Shown piece by piece: positions 51,815-62,592 of a DNA stretch of 64,000 bases. The DNA comes from Macrostomum hystrix. Its lineage: Eukaryota; Animalia; Platyhelminthes. The DNA lies in the NCBI GenBank assembly GCA_950097015.1, contig CATNEN010000039.1, forward strand, positions 3,472,001 through 3,536,000, in the 5' to 3' direction. Both the position numbers and the translations under genes were made by a program. The notes below the pieces were generated by a model that saw only the letters and a program-made list of their open reading frames with translations, was not told the origin of the DNA and did no database searches. Numbering within the stretch: position 1 is the stretch's first letter; each line of letters begins with the position of its first letter.

Positions 51815-54800
51815 ATGTCTCACTTCCTGTCTAAGCAGGCGGTTGAGTCAAGCGACGATGATGACAGCAGTGACAGCCTGAGCAGCGGCAGCAGCGTCAG
51901 TGGCGACCAAGGCGAGAAGCCGCAGTCGCCTGTGCCGGCGAAGAAGCGCAAGCTGGATCCGAAAGCCGACTCGAAGCCCTCCAGCCAGGCTGAGAAGGCC
52001 AAGTCTAAGAAGAAGCGGAGCTCGCCAAGCCCGGATAAGAAGAGAAAGAAGCCGCAGCAGAAGAAAAAGAAAGAGAAAGACAAGAAGCGCAAATCCAAAG
52101 CCACCATCGACAGCAGTGGCGGCAGCGACGACAACGTGGACGTCGACAGCGAAGACAGCGAAGAGGAAGAGAGCGAGGACGACGTAGAGGAGCTGATGAA
52201 AGTGCAGCAAGGCTTCATTGTTGACAGCGAAGAGGAGGACGAAGCCGACGATGACGCTGGCAGCGACAAAAGCGGCGGCGGCAAAGGCAAGTCTGGAGGT
52301 GGTGGCGGCGAGAAAGGCTCGGACTCGGGCTCCGACTCGGAGCTCTCCGAAGATCTGGACGATGAGGATCACGAACTGATCGAAGAAAACACCGGCATTC
52401 GGCGCAGGCCGCAGAAGCCAAAGCGCGTCGTCGGCGTTGTCTCTGACGACGAGTCCGACGCAAGCGGTGACTCCAACGGCCCGAGTAACGCGGCTTCTGC
52501 CGCCGCTGGTGCATCCGGCAGCGCTGGTGCTGCCGATGAAGCTATCCGGCGCGACATCTTCGGCGATGATGATGACGACGATGACGCTGATGACCGAGCT
52601 GGACGCGGGGCCGGCTCTTCCACGGCTGCTCTGCTGTCGCGTCGTCCAGGTAAGCTTAAGCTGCCATCCCAACCAGATCCCTAGTTTGAGCATGCCATCC
52701 CGACCAGATCCCTAGTTTGAGCATGCCATCCCGACCAGATCCCTAGTTTGAGCATGCCATCCCGACCAGATCCCCAGGTTGAGCTAGCTGCCATCCTGTT
52801 TCAGATCCCTAGGTTGAGCTGCCATCCCAACCAGATCCCCAGGTTGAACTGCCATGTTGTTTCAGATCCCTAGGTTGAGCTGCCATCCCGACCAGATCCC
52901 CAGGCTGAGCTGCCATCCTGTTTCAGATCCCTAGGTTGAGCTGCCATCCCGATCAGATCTCTAGGTTGAGATACAATTCTGTTTCAGATCCAAAAGTAAA
53001 CAGATTTGGCACATAAAATAAATTTTAGGTGGTCGGGATTTGGACGACGACGAGGAAGAAGATAGCGACGATGATGATGACAACATGGCGGATTTCATTG
53101 TCGATGGACAAGGAGGCGGCGGCGCATCGGCATCAACTTCGGGCATTGGCGGTGGTCATCGGCGATCCGGTGGTGCCGGAGGCGGCAGCAGGGCGCTGCG
53201 GCAAGCGCAGGAGATTTTTGGCGTTGATTTCGACAGGGATGAGTTCCAGCGCTATGGCGAGGATGGGGACGAAGAAGAAGACGACGAGGATGAAGACGAA
53301 GAAGAAGAAGATGAGGAGGACGACGAAGATGAGGAAGGCGTAGCTGCTGTGTCTTCGAGGCGAAGACGTCGCAAAGTCGGCGGCACGACGTTAGCTTCGG
53401 CAGCTGGTCGGGCGGCGCCAGGTCCACGCGCCGCCGAAGAGATTTTCGACCCGTCCGAGCTGGAGCGATTCCACTTAACTAAGGAGGACGCGGAGATTCG
53501 AGCTACGGATCTGCCAGAAAGATTTCAAACTCTGCGTCAGGTGGCTGTTCGAAAAGCGTCGGACAACGATGAATTGCAGGAGGAGGCCGAGTGGATCTAC
53601 AATAACTGCTTCGGCACTAGGACTATAACTAACCAGGTTTGGACTTCCGCATTTGCTAGTTGGCATGGCAGTGCTTCAAAATAATTTGTCAAAGCTGGAT
53701 GTAAATTAGCTTTAGAGGGCGATAAAACAGTAAAAAATAATTTAGGAAAGAAATGTGACAAGAAAAATGTTGGTATAGGGGCGTGATGACACCGGGCAGG
53801 TAAAATAGGGGCGATATTTGATAGGAAACTGGTGGGATAGGGAGATATGTGATAGGAAACAGGTGGGATAGGGAGATATGTGATAGGAAACAGGTGGGAT
53901 AGGGAGATATGTGATAGGAAACAGGTGGGATAGGGAGATTAGATATGTGATAGGAAACAGGTGGGATAGTGGAGATTTGCGATGGGTAACAGGTGAGATA
54001 GGGGACACACGATGTATCTTCCTCTTATTGTCTTCTTTGTCTCCATCGTCTTGCAGGTGATCCAGGGCGATGACGCCTTCGATCACGGTTTGAGTAGACG
54101 CCGCGCCGAGACCATAGCCAAAATCTTCGCCGCCCTAACTCTCATGCGCAACAAATTCTACGAGGTGCCGTTCATTGCCTACTACCGCAAGGAGTGCGTC
54201 GAGAAGGAGCTGAACACCACCGATCTGTGGCGTATCTGGCTAGCTGACGAGAAGTGGACCCAGCTGTGGCTTCGCCGGCGCCGGCTGCACGCCCTTCTGC
54301 TGCGCATGCAAAAGTACAAAGTTGAGCGCGAGTTCGCTAGCTTCCATGGCGACATGCCGGACAACTACAGGCCGCTGAGCGACGAAGACGTTTCCAGGGC
54401 CCTGAAGGTTTGTCGCCTGGATTCAACAACTATGAATACTTTATCTCTCAGGTGTCTCATCACTCCCGTGTCTTATGTCTCTATCTCTCCTCAGTCGTAT
54501 CTCTCCCGTCTTATCTCTCCCCGTCTCACTTCTGCCGTGTCTTATCTCTTTATCTCTTCTCATTTTTATCTCCCCTGTATCTCATCCCTCCTATGTCTCA
54601 TCTCTCCCGTGTCTAAATGTTCAACACATCGCCTCCAGGTCACCAGTCTAGAGGAACTCGACGATGTCTACCAGCACTTTCTACTCTACTACGGTCGCGA
54701 CTTGCAGGCTATGCACGATTACTTTAACGAGCTGCAGCAGCAGCAATCGCAGCAGCAGCAGCAGCAGCAACAGAAGCGAAACTTGTGGCGGCGACAGGCC

Positions 54801-57800
54801 AACACTAGGCCTCAGTACCGACTCTGTCTTGAGGCTCGGTAAATGATCGGTTATTTTGAATCGATTAGTAAATAATTAACACGTTTTGAGATAGATATAT
54901 AAAAAATACACCAAACTCAGTTTAGCCAAAAATTTGCAACACCATTGCTCGGAGCATTACCTAGGCTTGAAATCGAACTCCCGACCTCTTGGTTATTATA
55001 GGAATTAAATCTGGAGACAGATTTCTGGAAGTGTATTGAAGTTTAACCTTTAAATGTGCTCTCTTATTGGTGAAGCCACCTTGCTCATCAACTGCAGGCT
55101 TGGCGGCCTAGCGCGTCGCTGGGGCTTGACTCCGGAGCAGTTTGCCGACAATCTCAAAGAACAATTCTCACGCCACGAAGTGGACCAATGCCTGCTCGAT
55201 CCGCTGGAGGCGGCCAGGGAGTTTGTCTCTGAGCGGTTCCCTACGCCGGAGGATGCGCTGGACGGAGCCAGGCTCATTGTGGCCACCCAGATTGCCGCCG
55301 ATCCCACGGTTCGTGCGTTTTTAAGCTATTTTCTAAGTTTCCTAGGAATGCCTAACACATTTGGTTTCCCAGAAATGACTACCGATATAGTCCTAGCAAG
55401 GATTTAGTCTATCCCCACTTTGCATTCTTGAGTGGTTGAGTGGCGCAACCCTCCTAACACTCAGGTGAGACAAATCGTGCGCAAGCGCTTCTTCACTTCG
55501 GCTAAACTGACAGTCCGACCGACTAAGAAGGGCCAGAGGGAAATCGACGAAGGTCACTGCCTGTATCCGTACAAGTACCTCACCAACAAGGAGGTGGACA
55601 CGATCCACGGTGAAACTTTCCTGCGCATCCAGCAGGGCCAGAAGGACGGCCTGTTGACCTACGAGTTGCATATGGACGACAAGCCGACCAGACGGCAGCG
55701 CGGCGAGATTGTCACCTACTCGTCCGAAGCTAAGCAGTACTTCTATCGGGACGAGTACAGCGCCCTGGCCCGCGCTTGGAATGCCCAGAGATTCCAGGCG
55801 CTCGACTACGCACTAGAGAAGCTGCTCTATCCCACGCTGCGACGCCAACTTGAGGGTCGCATTGTTCAGGAGTCCAAAGACGGTATGCACTCGATAATAT
55901 GCTTTAGAAACCCAATAATATAATCTAAAATCCAAGTAATCATAATCTAGAGTCCAGATAATCTTAATCTAAAATCCCAGTAATCCTAATCTAGAGTCCA
56001 GATAATCCTAATCTAAAATCCCAGTAATCCTAATCTAGAGTCCAGATAATTCTAATCTAAAATCCCAGTAATCCTAATCTAAAATCCCAGTAATCCTAAT
56101 CTAGAATTCACATAATCTAAATCTAGAATCCCTGTAATCCTTATCTAGAATCTTAGTAATCCTAGTCTTGAAACTTAACAATCTAATCTAGTTTTAAAAA
56201 AATCTTAAAATTATAAAAGCCAATCGAGAATTTAATCAAAATGAAAGATGTCTCTATTGTTATTAGAAAGAGATCTCTATTCAAATTGAGAATCCCTATA
56301 ATCTTATCGAGAATCCTTCAAATCCTTCAACACGCAGACACGATTTTATCCCACAACACAATTTAATCCCCACTAATTGAAATCCCCAGGCATCAGCCGG
56401 GCCTGCAGTCTCAAGCTGAGCAATTGGCTCAAGTTTGCTCCCTACCCAGCCGGTGGTGGCGAACGGCACCGCGGCGATTCTTCTGGTCGGCGCCGAGAAC
56501 GACTCGCCCGCGTCATGGGCGTTGCCTACAGCACGGACAGGGAGATTGCGGCCTACGCGTCGGTGATCAATTCCAATGGCGAGGTGCTGGACTTCCTGCG
56601 GCTGCCGTTCCTGCTGGCCAGTAAGCGGGCACAGCGCGAGGAGACTGCTAAAAATAAGGTAAGCAGGTGCTTAGTTAATTGATTCTGGTCCTTAAAGACT
56701 CGAGTTCAATAGTTCGAATGGCAGTCTGGTTCCTAGTAATTGCCCAATTTCAGGATTTTAGAAATCCCTACTAATCCCCAATCCCAGTAGTCTAATGATC
56801 CACAGTATTCCCAATCCCAGTAGTGTGTTCCAGGATTACACCAATTCTTAGATATCGCTTATCCCAGAATTATTTTCTGCAATTTCTAATCCCAAGAGTT
56901 TGAGGATCACTAGTAATCCCTAATCGCAGGATCGCAGAGAAGTTAAATGCTGCCATTCTGTATCCTTTCAGGCCCGCGAGCTGCACCTCATCAAGAAGCT
57001 GATCGCCAAGCATCGGCCTGACGTCATCGCTGTTGGCACCGAGTCCAAGGAGGCTCTGACCATACAGGAGGAGCTACGCGAACTGGCACAGGAGCTGCTG
57101 GCCGAAGGTCTAGCTAATAACGCCAGCGTGCACCTGGTTGACAATGAGCCGGCCAGGGTGTTCGAAAAGTCGCGCCGAGCGGAGAAAGAACTGGCAACCT
57201 ATCCGGAGATTCTGCGCCAGAGCGTGTCCGTTGCCAGGCGCCTGCAGGATCCGCTGGTTGAGCTGGCCGGATTGGTCAATGCGGACGACGACATCCTCTG
57301 CCTGCGACTGCACCCTTTGCAGGTCTGGCTGCGAGTCAATTTTTTTTGGTATTTTAAACATCTAATCCGCAAACACTCAGTTTTGTTAAATTAGAAAACC
57401 GTTGGTCCACTTTCACCAGTCTTAGTCATGTGTTAATGTGTTGATAATACTTTATACTTGATCCGTTAACAGTAGGGCTACAAGGCTACCAGACCTACCA
57501 GGCCACCAGACCTACCAGACCTACCAGGGAAACCCCCTCCCCTGACAATTATTTTTGCTGCACCACAACAGAGCAACGCAAGCACTTTTTTGCGCATCTT
57601 TGAAAACAATAATTAAGTCGCCAGTCCTCGAGACCGTCTAGACTAGATAGTCAAAGTTTCTGGCCGAAGGTCTGATTTTTCCCATAAGAGCTAGTGTATT
57701 TCATACCCTATACACGAATTTGCACTGCGCCGCAGTGCGGCCTTGCCAGGCCTTCAAAATTTATTAGCATGTCACCCGAATGTACCTGCATGATGTCCGA

Positions 57801-60800
57801 CTTCTGTGGTTACGCACCTTGATGTTGACGGAGCTGCTGGACCTTCAACAAGTGGCACCAGGCGACTATGGACACCCTCATGCAAATTTCTCCCATTTCG
57901 CTGATCAAGCCTCAATATTGTACGAAGCTCAACCATAGAACCCTCGCCTAATATGTTAACCAGGTCAGCGCGCCGTCAGCACCGTCAGCAGGGTTATAGA
58001 GTCTCTAAAGCGTATTTTTTAGCTTTCGCTGATCAAGCCTCAACATTGGCCTAAAATCAACTATTAGTTATTGAAGGTCCAGCAGCATGCTGTTATCCTA
58101 AATTCTGCTTGCATTTCAAGGAATCGGTGCCTCGCGACCAGCTCCTGACGTCTCTAATCCTCGAATTCGTCAATCGGGTCAACGAGGTCGGAGTGGATGT
58201 CAATCGGTGCGCGGACTTGCCCAACTATGCCGCCCTATTACAGTTCGTCTGCGGACTCGGCCCCAGAAAGGCTGGGGACATTGTGAGCAAGCTGAGACAC
58301 GCTGGCCAGCGACTGCACAACCGGGTGCCGCAGATCATCGACCTACTCAGGATGGGTCCAGTGGTGTTCATCAACTGCGCCGGCTTCCTGCGGATCGACA
58401 CCGAGGCGGTTGAGAATGAGGCGCCGCACGCCCTCACGGACATCCTGGACGCCACCCGGGTGCATCCGGAGTCCTACGAGCTGGCTAGAAAAATCGCAAT
58501 GGACGCTGTTGACGCCGACGACGCTGCCAACGAGATTGAGGCGGCCAAATCTGCCCTGCTAGAAGTGATGGAGCATCCCGACCGGCTGAAGGAGCTCGAC
58601 ATTGACGCCTTCGCCGAGGAGCTCAAGCGACAGGTCTGGCTGCAAAAAGGCTCGCAATTGTCACTGAATGATTCTGCTGGGTCAAGATAATGGTTACAGT
58701 GAATGCTTCTGGGTCAAGATGATGGTCACAGTGAATGCTTCTGGGTCAAGATGATGGTCACAGTGAATGCTTCTGGGTCAAGATGATGGTCACAGTGAAT
58801 GCTTCTGGGTCAAGATGATGGTCACAGTGAATGCTTCTGGGTCAAGATGATGGTTACAGTGAATGCTTCTGGGTCAAGATGATGGTCACAGTGAATGCTT
58901 CTGGGTCAAGATAATGGTCACAGTGAATGCTTCTGGGTCAAGATAATGGTCACAGTGAATGCTTCTGGGTCAAGATGATGGTCACAGTGAATGCTGCTGG
59001 GTCAAGATAATGGTTACAGTGAATGCTTCTGGGTCAAGATAATGGTTACAGTGAATGCTTCTGGGTCAAGATGATGGTCACAGTGAATGCTTCTGGGTCA
59101 AGATAATGGTTACAGTGAATGCTTCTGGGTCAAGATAATGGTCACAGTGAATGCTTCTGGGTCAAGATAATGGTCACAGTGAATGCTTCTGGGTCAAGAT
59201 GATGGTCACAGTGAATGCTTCTGGGTCAAGATAATGGTTACAGTGAATGCTTCTGGGTCAAGATAATGGTTACAGTGAATGCTTCTGGGTCAAGATGATG
59301 GTCACAGTGAATGCTGCTGGGTCAAGATGATGGTCACAGTGAATGCTGCTGGGTCAAGATGATGGTCACAGTGAATGCTGCTGGGTCAAGATAATGGTTA
59401 CAGTGAATGCTTCTGGGTCAAGATGATGGTCACAGTGAATGCTTCTGGGTCAAGATAATGGTCACAGTGAATGCTTCTGGGTCAAGATAATGGTTACAGT
59501 GAATGCTTCTGGGTCAAGATGATGGTTACAGTGAATGCTTCTGGGTCAAGATGATGGTCACAGTGAATGCTTCTGGGTCAAGATGATGGTCACAGTGAAT
59601 GCTTCTGGGTCAAGATGATGGTCACAGTGAATGCTTCTGGGTCAAGATGATGGTCACAGTGAGTGCTTCTGGGTCAAGATGATGGTCACAGTGAATGCTT
59701 CTGGGTCAAGATAATGGTCACAGTGAATGCTTCTGGGTCAAGATAATGGTTACAGTGAATGCTTCTGGGTCAAGATGATGGTCACAGTGAATGCTTCTGG
59801 GTCAAGATAATGGTTACAGTGAATGCTTCTGTGTCAAGATAATGGTTACACTGAATGCTTCTGGGTCAAGATGATGGTCACAGTGAATGCTTCTGGGTCA
59901 AGATGATGGTCACAGTGAGTGCTACTGGGTCAAGATGATGGTCACAGTGAGTGCTACTGCGTCAAGTTGCAAATAATTTCCTACGGAACCCTGCAGGACT
60001 ACGGCGAGAAGCATATCACTCTGTACGACATTCGCAACGAGCTCTGCCAGCCCTTCAAGGACCTGCGAGTTGAATTCGCACCGCCCAACTCCGAGGAGAA
60101 GTTCAACTTGGTGACGCGCGAGACTCCGGACACCTTCTACATCGGCAAGCTGGTGGACTGCACCGTGATGGGCTTCGCCCGCCGCCGCCCGAAGCCCGAC
60201 CAGCTGGAGAATGCGAATCCGATTCGCAACGAGGATACCGGCAACTGGGTCTGCCCCTTCTGCGGCATCGCCACCTTTGTCGAAGTCAACGAAGTCTGGT
60301 CGCACTTCGACGGTCAGTCGTGCGAAGGCGAACCAGTTGGCGTCCGGGTCCAGCTGGACAATGGCTTGTCCGGCTTCATCGGCACCAGGAACCTGTCCGA
60401 TCGAGCGGTGACCAATCCGACCGAGCGAGTGGCCGTTGGCCAGCATCTGCATGCTAGAATCATGAAAATTGACATCGACAATTTCCGCGTTGACCTCACT
60501 AGCCGCAGCTCAGATCTACGCGACACCGCCTTCAAATGGAAGCCGCCCCGAGATGCCTGCTTTGACGAGGATGCCGAGACTGCGGACATTCAGGTGAGCT
60601 GGGAGAGTGTTTCCCATCCCTTATGGTTCAAAATGTTTCTCAAACTTCGCCGTTTCTCATTGTCCAGTCCGAGGAGGACAAGCGCAAGGAGACTCGGGCA
60701 ACCTATGTGAAGCGGGTGATTGATCATCCGAATTTTCACAACATCACTTACCGCGACTGCACCAAGCTGATGCAGGGCCTAGATCTCGGCGACGTCGTCT

Positions 60801-61657
60801 TCCGCCCCAGCTCCAAGGGCACCGACCGCCTGACCCTGACCTGGAAAATTGACGACGGCGTCATTCAGCACGTCGAAGTCGAGGAGCGCGACAAGCAGAA
60901 CGATTTCTCCCTGGGCAAGACGCTGATCGTTGAGGTATGCAGCCATCTCTAAATGCGTCTTAATGCTTCATTAAAATTTGTGCTTCCTGAGCACCTACTT
61001 TTCCTATAGTTTAGCTACCTGTCTCAATGGTTTAGCTACCTGTCTCAGTAGTTTAGCTACCTGTCTTAGTAGTTTAGCTACCTGTCTCAGTAGTTTAGCT
61101 ACCTGTCTCAATGGATCAGCTACCTGTCTCAATGGATTAGCTACCTGTCTCAATGGATTAGCTACCTGTCTCAATGGATTAGCTACCTGTCTCTAGCTGC
61201 ATGTCAATGCGCTGCACTGCAGGGCGAAGAGTACGAAGACCTGGATGAAATCATTGCCCGCTACGTGCAACCAATGGCCGCCTACATTCGCGACATTAGC
61301 ATGCACAAGTACTACACCAAGCCGGCAGGGCCCGGCTCCGTTGGTGTCTCGGCCATAGACGAAAGCCTGCGCCAGGCCAAGCAGGCCCGCCCGACCACCA
61401 TTCCCTACAGCCTGTCGGCCGTGGCCTCCCTGCCTGGCCGTTTCCTATTGGCCTATCTGCCGCACCGCAGTGTGCGCCACGAGTACATCACGGTCGGGCC
61501 AGCCGGCCTGCGCTATCGTGGGCGCAGATTTGCCAGCCTCAACCAGCTGCTGGCCTGGTTCAAGCAGCACTATAGAGAACCGCCGCCATCTGCCACGGGA
61601 GGCGCCGGCTCCGCCATGATGACACCAGCCGGCTCCGTCATGTCCGCCAGAATCTGA
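51815..61657 (+). CDS. SUPT6H: Transcription elongation factor / histone chaperone SPT6, about 1684 aa, 12 coding exons
   Basis: Exons 51815-52649, 53029-53636, 54057-54407, 54639-54838, 55098-55308, 55465-55882, 56390-56658, 56972-57322, 58121-58633, 59997-60593, 60668-60934 and 61223-61657 total 5055 nt in frame. Acidic N-terminus, AQEIFGVDFD, DLPERFQ, EVPFIAYYRKE, ARRLQDPL, GLGPRKA, TRVHPESYELARK, S1 domain and tandem SH2 (RPSSKG, EDLDEIIARYV). Confidence 0.95.
52660..52990. repeat. About 30-31 bp minisatellite (gagcatgccatcccgaccagatccctagttt), SPT6 intron 1
   Basis: Direct tandem repeat. Confidence 0.9.
53800..54005. repeat. 31-bp minisatellite (gataggaaacaggtgggatagggagatatgt), SPT6 intron 2
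   Basis: Direct tandem repeat. Confidence 0.85.
55915..56170. repeat. About 21-22 bp minisatellite (taatctaRaRtccMRRtaatcc), SPT6 intron 6
   Basis: Direct tandem repeat with two alternating variants. Confidence 0.85.
58670..59965. repeat. 32-bp minisatellite (gtcaagatRatggtYacagtgaatgcttctgg), about 40 copies, SPT6 intron 9
   Basis: Direct tandem repeat filling almost the whole intron. Confidence 0.96.
61008..61197. repeat. 21-bp minisatellite (ttagctacctgtctcaatgga), SPT6 intron 11
   Basis: Direct tandem repeat. Confidence 0.9.
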
Positions 61658-62147
61658 TTGAACGATTCGCGCAATGTTTTTAACTTGTTTATTGTCGTGA
61701 TTCGACAACGCACTTGATTAACAAACAGCTTCTATTCTGTTGCATCAAACATGTGTAGATCTGCTGGCCATTCCGTGCTGTGAGTTTGTTCTGCAGCCAA
61801 TAATATAACATGCAGAAAGGTTAAAAAACAGCCCGTGATTTGCAGCAAAAAGACTGGCTTGTTGATGGTGGCATCCGTTAAGCATTTTGTATTTTCGCTC
61901 CTCGCTGCGTTTGCCGGTTCCTTAAATAGCGTCATTAAACGTCCCAAAGTACCAGTACAGTCCGATTTGACTGGCTCATTGCTGTTGGCAAAAAATATTT
62001 TTCGTATTTAAAAATACTTTATTTTGATTCAACTTCCCAAATCCGTGCGTTCCGCGCTTCAACCTTATTTTCTATATAGTTTTATTATCCAGAGTTATCC
62101 GTTTTCTCGCTTCAGTATCAGCTAGCGCAAGGTTGCTTAAACCGAAC

Positions 62148-62592
62148 TGGAATCGCAGCAGAAACTGTAGCTAGAATCGCAGCAGATACTGTAGCTAGAA
62201 TCGCAGCAGATACTGTAGCTAGAATCGCAGCAGATACTGTAGCTAGAATCGCAGCAGATACTGTAGCTAGAATCGCAGCAGATACTGTAGCTAGAATCGC
62301 AGCAGATACTGTAGCTAGAATCGCAGCAGATACTGTAGCTAGAATCGCAGCAGATACTGTAGCTAGAATCGCAGCAGATACTGTAGCTGGAATCGCAGCA
62401 GATACTGTAGCTAGAATCGCAGCAGATACTGTAGCTAGAATCGCAGCAGATACTGTAGCTAGAATTGCAGCAGATACTGTAGCTAGAATCGCAGCAGATA
62501 CTGTAGCTAGAATCGCAGCAGATACTGTAGCTAGAATCGCAGCAGATACTGTAGCTGGAATCGCAGCAGACAGCACATCTAGAATCGCAGTA
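62148..62592. repeat. 24-bp minisatellite (ctagaatcgcagcagatactgtag), about 18 copies
   Basis: Direct tandem repeat downstream of the SPT6 stop; related to the 2731-3940 array. Confidence 0.95.

Noticed and set aside
51820-52693. Antisense ORFs over SPT6 exon 1, and similar ones over other GC-rich exons
   Set aside because: Shadow ORFs caused by GC-rich codon bias; no recognisable domains.
58670-59965. CRISPR-like array of ~32-bp repeats
   Set aside because: Repeats are contiguous with no unique spacers, there are no cas genes, and the context is a eukaryotic intron.
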